Shown piece after piece: positions 56,951-64,000 of a DNA stretch of 64,000 nucleotides. Origin of the DNA: Clostridia bacterium (lineage in GTDB: Bacteria > Bacillota > Clostridia > Oscillospirales > CAG-272); the NCBI GenBank assembly GCA_017453255.1, contig JAFTKN010000010.1, forward strand, positions 280,458-344,457. The letters are read 5' to 3'. Each line of letters opens with the position of its first letter. Within the stretch, counting starts at the first letter, position 1. The notes beneath the pieces are model-generated. The model was not told where the DNA came from, made no database searches, and saw nothing but the letters and a program-made list of their open reading frames with translations. Both the position numbers and the translations under genes were made by a program.

Positions 56951-57229
56951 TTATTTAAAAAATCCCCCCGTTTTTTTCTTTTTTGACAAATCTTTATTAA
57001 AATAAAACATACCAGTAATTAATCCATTTAAAATCAATTCGCCATTTTCAGAATTAAATTTTTCTATTTTTAAATTTTCACCCTCAATTGTGACTCCAAA
57101 GTTTTCAACTTGAACTACAATTTCCTTATCGTCAAAGCTGGTTACATCGCTTGCGCCAGTAAGTTCCATTCTTTTTCTTCCCTTTATTATTACATCGTGC
57201 CTTATTTCGTCTATCTTATCTGCCATCAT
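56951..57229 (-). CDS. yabP: Sporulation protein YabP
   Basis: 92 aa. HDVIIKGRKRMELTGASDVTSFDDKEIVVQVENFGVTIEGENLKIEKF..ENGELILNG. Confidence 0.85.
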   Translation of the reverse strand: MMADKIDEIRHDVIIKGRKRMELTGASDVTSFDDKEIVVQVENFGVTIEGENLKIEKFNSENGELILNGLITGMFYFNKDLSKKKKTGGFFK

Positions 57230-57273
57230 ACTATTCTCCTCGACTTAAAACGTAATTGTATGTAATAATATAT

Positions 57274-57302
57274 GAAAAAAAGCCCGAATATATTACTCGG
57301 GC
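57274..57302 (-). terminator. Intrinsic terminator after the S4-domain gene
   Basis: Minus strand: GCCCGAgtaatatatTCGGGC followed by TTTTTTT. The 5' arm overlaps the stop region. Confidence 0.7.
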
Positions 57303-57538
57303 AGGACCTCATATAAAGAAGAAGCGTCGTCTTTTCTTATTACATCTTTAACATCAGTTACCTTAATTTTCAGCTTTTTTTCTCCAAAAGTGATTTCAAT
57401 CACATCTCCAATTTTAACATCATATGATGCCTTAACTGGTTTTTGGTTTACATTAACATGTGAAGCGTCGCATGCCTCATTAGCTATTGTTCTTCTTTTA
57501 ATTATTCTCGTTACCTTTAAATATTTATCAATTCTCAT
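57293..57538 (-). CDS. S4-domain RNA-binding protein (YabO/HslR-like)
   Basis: MRIDKYLKVTRIIKRRTIANEA... starts at 57538. The longer track ORF (57655) runs through the hup terminator. Confidence 0.8.
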   Translation of the reverse strand: MRIDKYLKVTRIIKRRTIANEACDASHVNVNQKPVKASYDVKIGDVIEITFGEKKLKIKVTDVKDVIRKDDASSLYEVLPE

Positions 57539-57544
57539 ATAAAC

Positions 57545-57580
57545 CTCGAAAAAAATGGTGTTGCAAATGCAACACCATTT
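57545..57580 (-). terminator. Intrinsic terminator after hup
   Basis: Minus strand: AATGGTGTTGCAtttGCAACACCATT followed by TTTTTC. Confidence 0.75.
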
Positions 57581-57584
57581 TAAA

Positions 57585-57860
57585 TTACGCGTTAACCTTA
57601 TCCTTAAGTGTCTTACCTGCAGAGAATTTAACCTGCTTAGATGCAGCAATATCAATTGCCTCGCCTGTCTTAGGGTTACGACCTGTTCTAGCTGCCTTAC
57701 CCTTTACTTCGAATGTTCCAAAGCCGATAAGCTGGATTTTCTCACCCTTAACAAGAGCATCTTCAAATGCTGCAAATACAGCGTTGATCGCTGCCTCTGC
57801 GTCCTTCTTCTTAAGATCTGCACTCTGTGCTACTACTTCAATAAGTTCTGATTTGTTCAT
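57585..57860 (-). CDS. hup: Nucleoid protein HU
   Basis: 91 aa. MNKSELI, GFGTFEV, RNPKTGE. Confidence 0.95.
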   Translation of the reverse strand: MNKSELIEVVAQSADLKKKDAEAAINAVFAAFEDALVKGEKIQLIGFGTFEVKGKAARTGRNPKTGEAIDIAASKQVKFSAGKTLKDKVNA

Positions 57861-57913
57861 TGGTTTTTTCTCCTCTTCTTCTTTGCCATATTCTTACGGC
57901 TTTTGTTGTCTTA

Positions 57914-57942
57914 ATTATATCACGATTATTTGCATTTTTCAA
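57914..57942 (-). promoter_or_regulatory. Sigma-A promoter of hup
   Basis: Minus strand: TTGAAA (57937-57942), 17 nt, TGaTATAAT (TATAAT at 57914-57919). Confidence 0.6.
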
Positions 57943-58001
57943 TAGTTTTATTTAACTTTTTTACAAAAAATTCTATTTTTTTTGCCTTTTTTTATATATT
58001 T

Positions 58002-59645
58002 TTAACATTTTTTTGATAAAAATCCAATTTTGGTAAAAACTTTAACTATTTTTTCTCCATGAGGTAATAATTTAATCTCGTTATTTGTTACCGTTTTCGT
58101 TCTTAAAATCATAAACAAATATATTACCACAGATAACAATATGCAAATAACAGTTGCTATTTTCCCAGGCATTATAAGGTCTAATGCCAAATAAATTAAC
58201 GCACTTGTTCCTATAGAAAATACACCACAAAATAGTGGTAAAACAAATATTTTTTTAACATTTGGAAGTTTACCAACATATTTCACAGTAAAGAAAATAT
58301 TTAAGCTTGCTGCAGTAAAGTAGCAAAGAACTGTACTAATTGGTGCTCCATATATTCCCAGATTGCCTATTAGAAAATAATTCGAAATTAATTTAACTAT
58401 TGCTCCTGCAAGCATTGAAAGTATAGGTAATTTTTGCTTTCCAGCTGTATTTAAAAACGCGTTTGTCGAGGCAATTAAACCCAACAAAACAACGGACACC
58501 GCCCCAATAGACAGCCAACTAGATGCTCTATTAACAGATGATTCAGTGAACATAAGAAGATCAAGAATCGGTTTTGAGAATATTCCTAAGCCAAGTGCAC
58601 ATGGTATTGAAATTATATTAATAACACGCAGACTAAACGCCCTCATATTATCGCTACCAGCTAAATCATTTTTAGCAATTGCAGATGAAATCAATGGTAC
58701 AAGTGCATTTGCAATTGGATAAATTAGTATTGTTGGTAAATTTATCATTGATATAACAAGTGTTGTATAATCACCATACAAAACCCTTACCATATCTTCT
58801 CCGACACCCGATTCTAACAAACGACTTTGAACCATAAATGTATCTATAATTGTTGTAAGAGATAATACTGATGAGCTAATGGTAATAGGAACTGCAATTG
58901 AAATTAACTCTTTAATTATACTCTTAGTTTTTATTTCACTTTTATCAGACTCTACTAAATCATGATTGTAAAATTGCTTTTCTTTAAAAAATAATTTTCT
59001 TACATAAAGATAGCACATACCTAAAAATACACCAACGGTTACACCTAATATCGTAAAAGCTGCTACAGTGTAGGTATCGTACCCCATGGATATAGCATAT
59101 ATAGCAAATCCAACACCAACGCCCACTTTACAAACCGCCTCAATAAATTGAGAAATAGCAGTTGGACGCATTAACTGATATCCTTGAAAATATCCTCTTA
59201 AGCAGCTACTGATACAAATAAACAATAACGTTGGAGCTACTGCAATAATACATATTGTTGTATCTGGCGCAGAAATAAACTGGGCGATATTTTGTGAAAA
59301 AATTATCATCAAGCTTGTTAATATAGTACCTATAATTATGAACATTATCAAGGCGACATCATATGTTTTTTTAGCTTCCTTAAGCTTTCCTCTTGCCTTA
59401 CACTTTGAAATCATTATAGAGATTGCAATCGGTAATCCAGACGTAGAAATAACATATAAAAAAGCATATATTTCATATGCAGTACTATAATAACCTGCTC
59501 CCTCTGACCCAACAACAGTATTTAAAACAATTTTTGAAATCAGACCAACCGACTTTACAAGAATACTTGCAATAGTCAAAATCGCTACTCCAGAGAAAAA
59601 CATATTAACAGGACTTTTTTTCTCTGTTTTTACATTTTTACTCAA
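58002..59645 (-). CDS. MOP-superfamily flippase (polysaccharide biosynthesis / SpoVB / MurJ-like)
   Basis: 547 aa, about 14 TM helices. TTG start. Sits in the position of yabM in the Bacillus yabM-yabN-yabO-yabP-yabQ neighbourhood. Confidence 0.8.
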   Translation of the reverse strand: MSKNVKTEKKSPVNMFFSGVAILTIASILVKSVGLISKIVLNTVVGSEGAGYYSTAYEIYAFLYVISTSGLPIAISIMISKCKARGKLKEAKKTYDVALIMFIIIGTILTSLMIIFSQNIAQFISAPDTTICIIAVAPTLLFICISSCLRGYFQGYQLMRPTAISQFIEAVCKVGVGVGFAIYAISMGYDTYTVAAFTILGVTVGVFLGMCYLYVRKLFFKEKQFYNHDLVESDKSEIKTKSIIKELISIAVPITISSSVLSLTTIIDTFMVQSRLLESGVGEDMVRVLYGDYTTLVISMINLPTILIYPIANALVPLISSAIAKNDLAGSDNMRAFSLRVINIISIPCALGLGIFSKPILDLLMFTESSVNRASSWLSIGAVSVVLLGLIASTNAFLNTAGKQKLPILSMLAGAIVKLISNYFLIGNLGIYGAPISTVLCYFTAASLNIFFTVKYVGKLPNVKKIFVLPLFCGVFSIGTSALIYLALDLIMPGKIATVICILLSVVIYLFMILRTKTVTNNEIKLLPHGEKIVKVFTKIGFLSKKC

Positions 59646-59647
59646 AA

Positions 59648-60562
59648 TTAATCTTTCCTTCTATTTTTTCCTAAAAATTCAGTATATAATGACTCATCTG
59701 GAATATAATCATAGCTAATTTCATCAAAGTCATCAAATTTTTTCATTAGAATCTTAGCGTTACTATAATAAGGACTATTATTTGGTATTTCACTAAGAGC
59801 TTCTTGTATATAGTTTTTCATTAAAAATAGCTCATATCCCATAAATGAATCTATTTGTACTTGACAAATATCTTTATTGGGAAAAATTGACTTATCCTCG
59901 TTTTCACGAACAGTTTCCCATAGAAAAAATGTAAAATCAGGACTGGCTCCTCTAAATTTTCTATCACGAACGATGCGTCTTATCAATCTAATTTCATGCT
60001 TAGAGAAAAATATGCCGTTTACACAGACATCTTCGCAAACATTTATAAATACACCCTCATATTCTTTATCAAAAAGTGTATAAACATCAGGATAGACAGC
60101 TTGTATGCCTTCAAACATTAATATTTCGTTCTCTTCTATTTCGTGAACATTTACCCCTATTCTTTTTTGTGATATAAAATCAAAGATAGGTACTCTAATA
60201 ACATTTCCTGCCTTTGCATCTTTAATGCATTTTTTTAGCAAGTCAACATCTAATACATCAACTGAATCGTAGTCAATTTTTTTATTTTTATCAACAATTC
60301 GCCCTTCATTTCTCTCTTTAAAAAAATCATCGATTGAAATTATCGTAACCTTCTTACCAATGCTTTCAAAATCATCTATCAATTTTTTTGCAGTAGTAGT
60401 CTTTCCAGAGCATGTTGGACCCGATAATAAAACTATATTTTTATTGCTATCAATTACTTTTTTGATTGCAGTTGTTAATCGTTCTTCAAAATCCCTTTCG
60501 CACCTGTTTACAAAATCTATTTTATCTTGTTCACAGGCGAATGATACAGTTATACTTTTCAT
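59648..60562 (-). CDS. P-loop nucleoside/uridine-kinase-like protein
   Basis: 304 aa. Walker A GPTCSGKTTTA followed by IISIDDFF. The C-terminal ~100 aa are unassigned. Confidence 0.65.
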   Translation of the reverse strand: MKSITVSFACEQDKIDFVNRCERDFEERLTTAIKKVIDSNKNIVLLSGPTCSGKTTTAKKLIDDFESIGKKVTIISIDDFFKERNEGRIVDKNKKIDYDSVDVLDVDLLKKCIKDAKAGNVIRVPIFDFISQKRIGVNVHEIEENEILMFEGIQAVYPDVYTLFDKEYEGVFINVCEDVCVNGIFFSKHEIRLIRRIVRDRKFRGASPDFTFFLWETVRENEDKSIFPNKDICQVQIDSFMGYELFLMKNYIQEALSEIPNNSPYYSNAKILMKKFDDFDEISYDYIPDESLYTEFLGKNRRKD

Positions 60563-60564
60563 AA

Positions 60565-62028
60565 TTATTTCTCCGTATGAAAGAAGTTGATTATTTCTCC
60601 TATATCACTTTTGTTATTCTGCAAATATTCATATGGATATTTTTTAGAAAATATTCTTAAAATATCTGTTTTGCCATTATTATTTTTCGCAAGCTTTGTT
60701 GTAGCACCTGCTCCAATACCAAAAACAGTATGTGCATCACTCATCATTAAAACATTGTATATACCGAGCTTGTCTTTTTTAGAATAACCAACATTTTCTA
60801 AATCCGCTATAGTATTTTTTTGTCTATACATATAATATGGAATATATCCATTTTTAGTAAGGGCATCATAGCTATATTCCACACTTTTTTTAGCTACCTC
60901 TCCACTTTTTTCATAAATACTTGAATCGTCTCTTAAAATTTGAGCTGACTTTTTTACTGAAAATGAATGAACCGTTATATTTTCAGGATTTAATTCAATT
61001 ATTTTATCAATTGAGGCTTTGAAACTCTGCTCATCATCACCATCTAAGCCTGCAATTAAATCAGTATTAATTATCTCAAAATTATATTTATCTACAAGGT
61101 CGTATGCGTTTAAAAAATCGTCTGTTGTATGCTTTCTTCCAATATTAATTAAAACCTGATCGTTTAGTGTTTGTGGATTTACACTAATTCGTCTTACACC
61201 ATACTTTTTTAAAACTTCAATTTTATCGTTAGTAATTGTGTCTGGCCTACCACATTCAACTGTAAATTCATCTAACTTCCACAACTCGATCTTGTTATTT
61301 ATGTTTGATAATAATATATCTAATTGTTCTGCACTTAGTGTAGTTGGAGTTCCACCACCAATATAAAGCGAAACAACCTTGAGATCGAGCCTGTTAATCA
61401 CATTTATTTTTTCCTCAAGCTCGTATAATAAATGATTTATATATTCAGGAATTAAATCAAACAACTTTTTTGTTGAATATGAAACAAATGAACAATAAGC
61501 ACATCTTGTTGGACAAAATGGTATTGAAATATATATGCTACATGCGTTTTGAGTATATTTTTTTAAAATAGAATTCTCATTAAGTGCGACATCAAGTGCT
61601 AATCTTGCTTTATTCTTGCTTAATAAATATTCGTTACAAAGTATATCAAGAGCAGTGTCGTATCCATAGCATTGATAGATTTCCCAAGCTACCTTAGAAG
61701 GCCTAATTCCTGTCAAAATCCCCCATTCGATATCTCTTCCTGTTAGTTGTTTTCCAACTGAATAAACAGCTTTTCCAATCACAGACTTAGATATGCGTTC
61801 ATATGTAACATTTTCTTTAAATGGTACATATGTATTAGATTTAGCTATTTTGCCGTTATATATTAACTCACAATCACACGAAATCCCATCATTTGTATCT
61901 TTCGTGTTAAGCTTTAAAATCCCATTTGGATTAGATTCATTTTCGGGAAATTTTTCACCATGAAAAAACATCATACAAAGAGACTGTACGTATGTTTTAT
62001 TGATTTTTCCATCAAGTATCAGTCTCAC
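60565..62028 (-). CDS. HemN/HemZ-like radical SAM protein (oxygen-independent coproporphyrinogen oxidase family)
   Basis: 487 aa. About 170-aa N-terminal extension, then CPTRCAYCSF (CxxxCxxC), GGGTPT. Confidence 0.8.
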   Translation of the reverse strand: MRLILDGKINKTYVQSLCMMFFHGEKFPENESNPNGILKLNTKDTNDGISCDCELIYNGKIAKSNTYVPFKENVTYERISKSVIGKAVYSVGKQLTGRDIEWGILTGIRPSKVAWEIYQCYGYDTALDILCNEYLLSKNKARLALDVALNENSILKKYTQNACSIYISIPFCPTRCAYCSFVSYSTKKLFDLIPEYINHLLYELEEKINVINRLDLKVVSLYIGGGTPTTLSAEQLDILLSNINNKIELWKLDEFTVECGRPDTITNDKIEVLKKYGVRRISVNPQTLNDQVLINIGRKHTTDDFLNAYDLVDKYNFEIINTDLIAGLDGDDEQSFKASIDKIIELNPENITVHSFSVKKSAQILRDDSSIYEKSGEVAKKSVEYSYDALTKNGYIPYYMYRQKNTIADLENVGYSKKDKLGIYNVLMMSDAHTVFGIGAGATTKLAKNNNGKTDILRIFSKKYPYEYLQNNKSDIGEIINFFHTEK

Positions 62029-62040
62029 TTGCTTCTCCTT

Positions 62041-64000
62041 TTATCTTCCTGTGCCAATAGCTCTTGTTACTCTTATAACATCCTTAATTCCTCTTATTCT
62101 TGATATTATAGAATTAAAATGTCCGATATCTCTACAAGAAATTGTCATATTAATCAAGGTTGTATCTTCTATATTTTTTGTATTAATAGAAACTATGTCA
62201 ATTCTCATTTCAGATAAAGCCATTGAAATTTCAGCAAGAATTGACATTCTATTAGTTACTAATATTTGAATTGCAGACTCATATGAGGATTTATAAGAAT
62301 TACTTGCTGGAGTATCCCACTCTGCTTTTACGAATCTAGTCGCGTTTTCCTCATCGGCATATGCGTGTCTTACATTTGGGCAATCGGTTTTGTGTATAGA
62401 TATTCCGTATCCCTTAGTTATAAAACCTATAATACTCTCACCAGGCAACGGATTACAGCATTTTGCAAATTTAACTGCACATCCGTCCTCACCATCAACC
62501 AAAACACCACCAGTTGATTTTCTTTTGTGTTTCGTTTGTGAAATGTTTGGTTCAATTACAAGATTTTGAAGTTCTTTTTGCTCTTTATCCTTATAATTCT
62601 TGTCATATTCGTCTCTAATCTTGGTTTGAATCTTGGAAAATGCAAGACCACCGTATCCAATTGCATTAAACAAGTCATCAATATCAGCCATATTAAAGCG
62701 CTTAGAGACAGACAAAATAATATTTATTTTGTCTTCTTCGCTTATGCTCTTATACTTAGCCATTTCTTTTTCAACAGCAGTTTTACCATACGAAATGTTT
62801 TCATTTCGCATTTCTTTTTTAAACCATTGTCTAATTTTATTTCGAGCTTCACCAGTCTTAACAATATTTAACCAATCACGAGTTGGACCTTTTGTTGAAT
62901 TAGATGTGATAATTTCAACAATATCACCATTTTTAGGTGTAGAATCAATAGGTGCAATTCTTCCATTAATTTTACCACCAACCATTTTGTTACCAACTCC
63001 AGTATGAATTTTATAGGCAAAATCAATTAGAGTCGCACCAAATGGTAGCGCAACAACATCTCCCTTCGGGGTAAAAACAAAGGTTTCATCGTGAAAAATA
63101 TCAATCTTAAAGGTATGAATAAAGTCCTCGGGATCAATTGCTTCCTTCTCTGTATCAATAAGTCTTGAAATCCAGTCAAGCTTCTTATCAATCTCTGCAC
63201 TCGACTTTTCTCCACTTTTGTACTTCCAGTGTGCAGCAATACCATATTCAGCAATTTGATGCATTTCTTTAGTTCTAATCTGTACCTCAAACGGTATTCC
63301 GTCTTTACCTATTACAGTTGTATGAAGCGACTGGTACATATTTGGCTTAGGAGTTGAAATATAATCTTTAAATCTTCCAGGAACAGACTTATACATTTCA
63401 TGTATTAAGCCCAAAACCGTATAACATTCAAGCTCTGTATCAACAATTATTCTCAACGCATAAAAATCATAAATCTCATCAAAGGATTTATTTTGATTGT
63501 ACATTTTTCTATATACGCTATATACCGTTTTAACACGACCATTAACAGAGAATTTAATTGCTGTTTTAGCAAGCTCGCTCTCAACGTTACCTTTTACTGT
63601 TTCCATAAAATCAACGTTTTTGCCATATTTTTCGTCAATATGTCCTTTAACTTCGGCATATCCAAAAGGATCGAGATACTGAAGCGCATATGACTCAAGC
63701 TCTTGCTTAATTTTTTGCATACCTAATCTATGAGCTAATGCAGCATAAACATGCATTGTTTCAAGGGCTGTTAAACGACGCTTAGCATCCTTTTTAACAT
63801 ACAATGTTCGCATATTATGTACTCTATCGCAAAGCTTGATAAAAATTACTCTAATATCCTTTGACATTGCAAGAAGCATTTTACGTATACTCTCAATTTG
63901 TGCTTCTTCCTTGTCTTCAACATTAATAGATTTAATCTTTGTAACACCATCTACAAGTAACGCAACATCAGAGCCATATAGCTTAGTAATTTCCTCCAAA
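62041..64000 (-). CDS. relA: Bifunctional (p)ppGpp synthetase/hydrolase RelA/SpoT; N-terminus beyond the window edge
   Basis: End of the HD domain (CDRVHNMRTL). Synthetase RFKDYISTPKPNMYQSLHTTV. TGS GDVVALPFGATLIDFAYKIH. C-terminal ACT domain. The frame continues to the window end. Confidence 0.93.
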   Translation of the reverse strand, partial: LEEITKLYGSDVALLVDGVTKIKSINVEDKEEAQIESIRKMLLAMSKDIRVIFIKLCDRVHNMRTLYVKKDAKRRLTALETMHVYAALAHRLGMQKIKQELESYALQYLDPFGYAEVKGHIDEKYGKNVDFMETVKGNVESELAKTAIKFSVNGRVKTVYSVYRKMYNQNKSFDEIYDFYALRIIVDTELECYTVLGLIHEMYKSVPGRFKDYISTPKPNMYQSLHTTVIGKDGIPFEVQIRTKEMHQIAEYGIAAHWKYKSGEKSSAEIDKKLDWISRLIDTEKEAIDPEDFIHTFKIDIFHDETFVFTPKGDVVALPFGATLIDFAYKIHTGVGNKMVGGKINGRIAPIDSTPKNGDIVEIITSNSTKGPTRDWLNIVKTGEARNKIRQWFKKEMRNENISYGKTAVEKEMAKYKSISEEDKINIILSVSKRFNMADIDDLFNAIGYGGLAFSKIQTKIRDEYDKNYKDKEQKELQNLVIEPNISQTKHKRKSTGGVLVDGEDGCAVKFAKCCNPLPGESIIGFITKGYGISIHKTDCPNVRHAYADEENATRFVKAEWDTPASNSYKSSYESAIQILVTNRMSILAEISMALSEMRIDIVSINTKNIEDTTLINMTISCRDIGHFNSIISRIRGIKDVIRVTRAIGTGR

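Noticed and set aside
1-64000. Scan for CRISPR repeats, IS or transposase genes, integrases, prophage or plasmid modules, toxin-antitoxin pairs, restriction or other defence genes, and long tandem or inverted repeats
   Set aside because: None was found by eye. Every ORF above ~100 aa is accounted for by a housekeeping, sporulation or small hypothetical gene, and the intergenic regions are short and explained by promoters and terminators. A computational repeat and HMM scan would be needed for certainty.

Overview
This is an AT-rich chromosomal core segment from an endospore-forming Firmicute. Gene content and order look clostridial. I could support about 75 protein genes, one tRNA (Pro-GGG), and a set of consensus sigma-A promoters and intrinsic terminators. 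I saw no rRNA, CRISPR array, IS element, integrase, prophage, toxin-antitoxin module or recognisable defence gene.

Housekeeping content, in window order:
- A class A PBP, cut by the left edge and missing from the ORF track.
- dnaE, whiA, murB.
- The conserved block recN-argR-tlyA-ispA-xseB-xseA-(Kae1-like)-nusB.
- tsf-rpsB, and rpoD-dnaG-dGTPase-yigZ-hflX.
- rpmE, an ABC exporter, and murA-DUF1858-trmK-nif3.
- rluA-family, yajC, rplS, and lepB-rbgA-rnhB-yraN.
- tig-clpP-clpX, hup, a MOP flippase, hemZ-like, and relA/spoT (cut by the right edge).

Sporulation genes are interleaved and unusually dense: spoIIGA-sigE, the whole spoIIIAA-AH operon, spoIVB, sigG, ylmC/ymxH, yabP-yabQ, a BofC-like protein and a DUF1540 protein.

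I do not see a convincing novel multi-gene system, and this reads as an ordinary core region. The observations most worth a second look are:
- The gene in the spoIIIAG slot is an open 140-codon frame with no ATG, GTG or TTG anywhere. It also encodes a much reduced SpoIIIAG.
- An orphan 829-aa solute-binding-type lipoprotein carries a roughly 330-residue acidic helical extension.
- An ABC exporter starts MYGPPPPPP directly after a strong SD.
- A receiver-like/winged-helix protein lacks the phospho-acceptor Asp and lies between spoIIG and spoIIIA.
- sigG and spoIVB are displaced from their classical neighbourhoods.

All family assignments come from reading motifs by eye. No database search was run.
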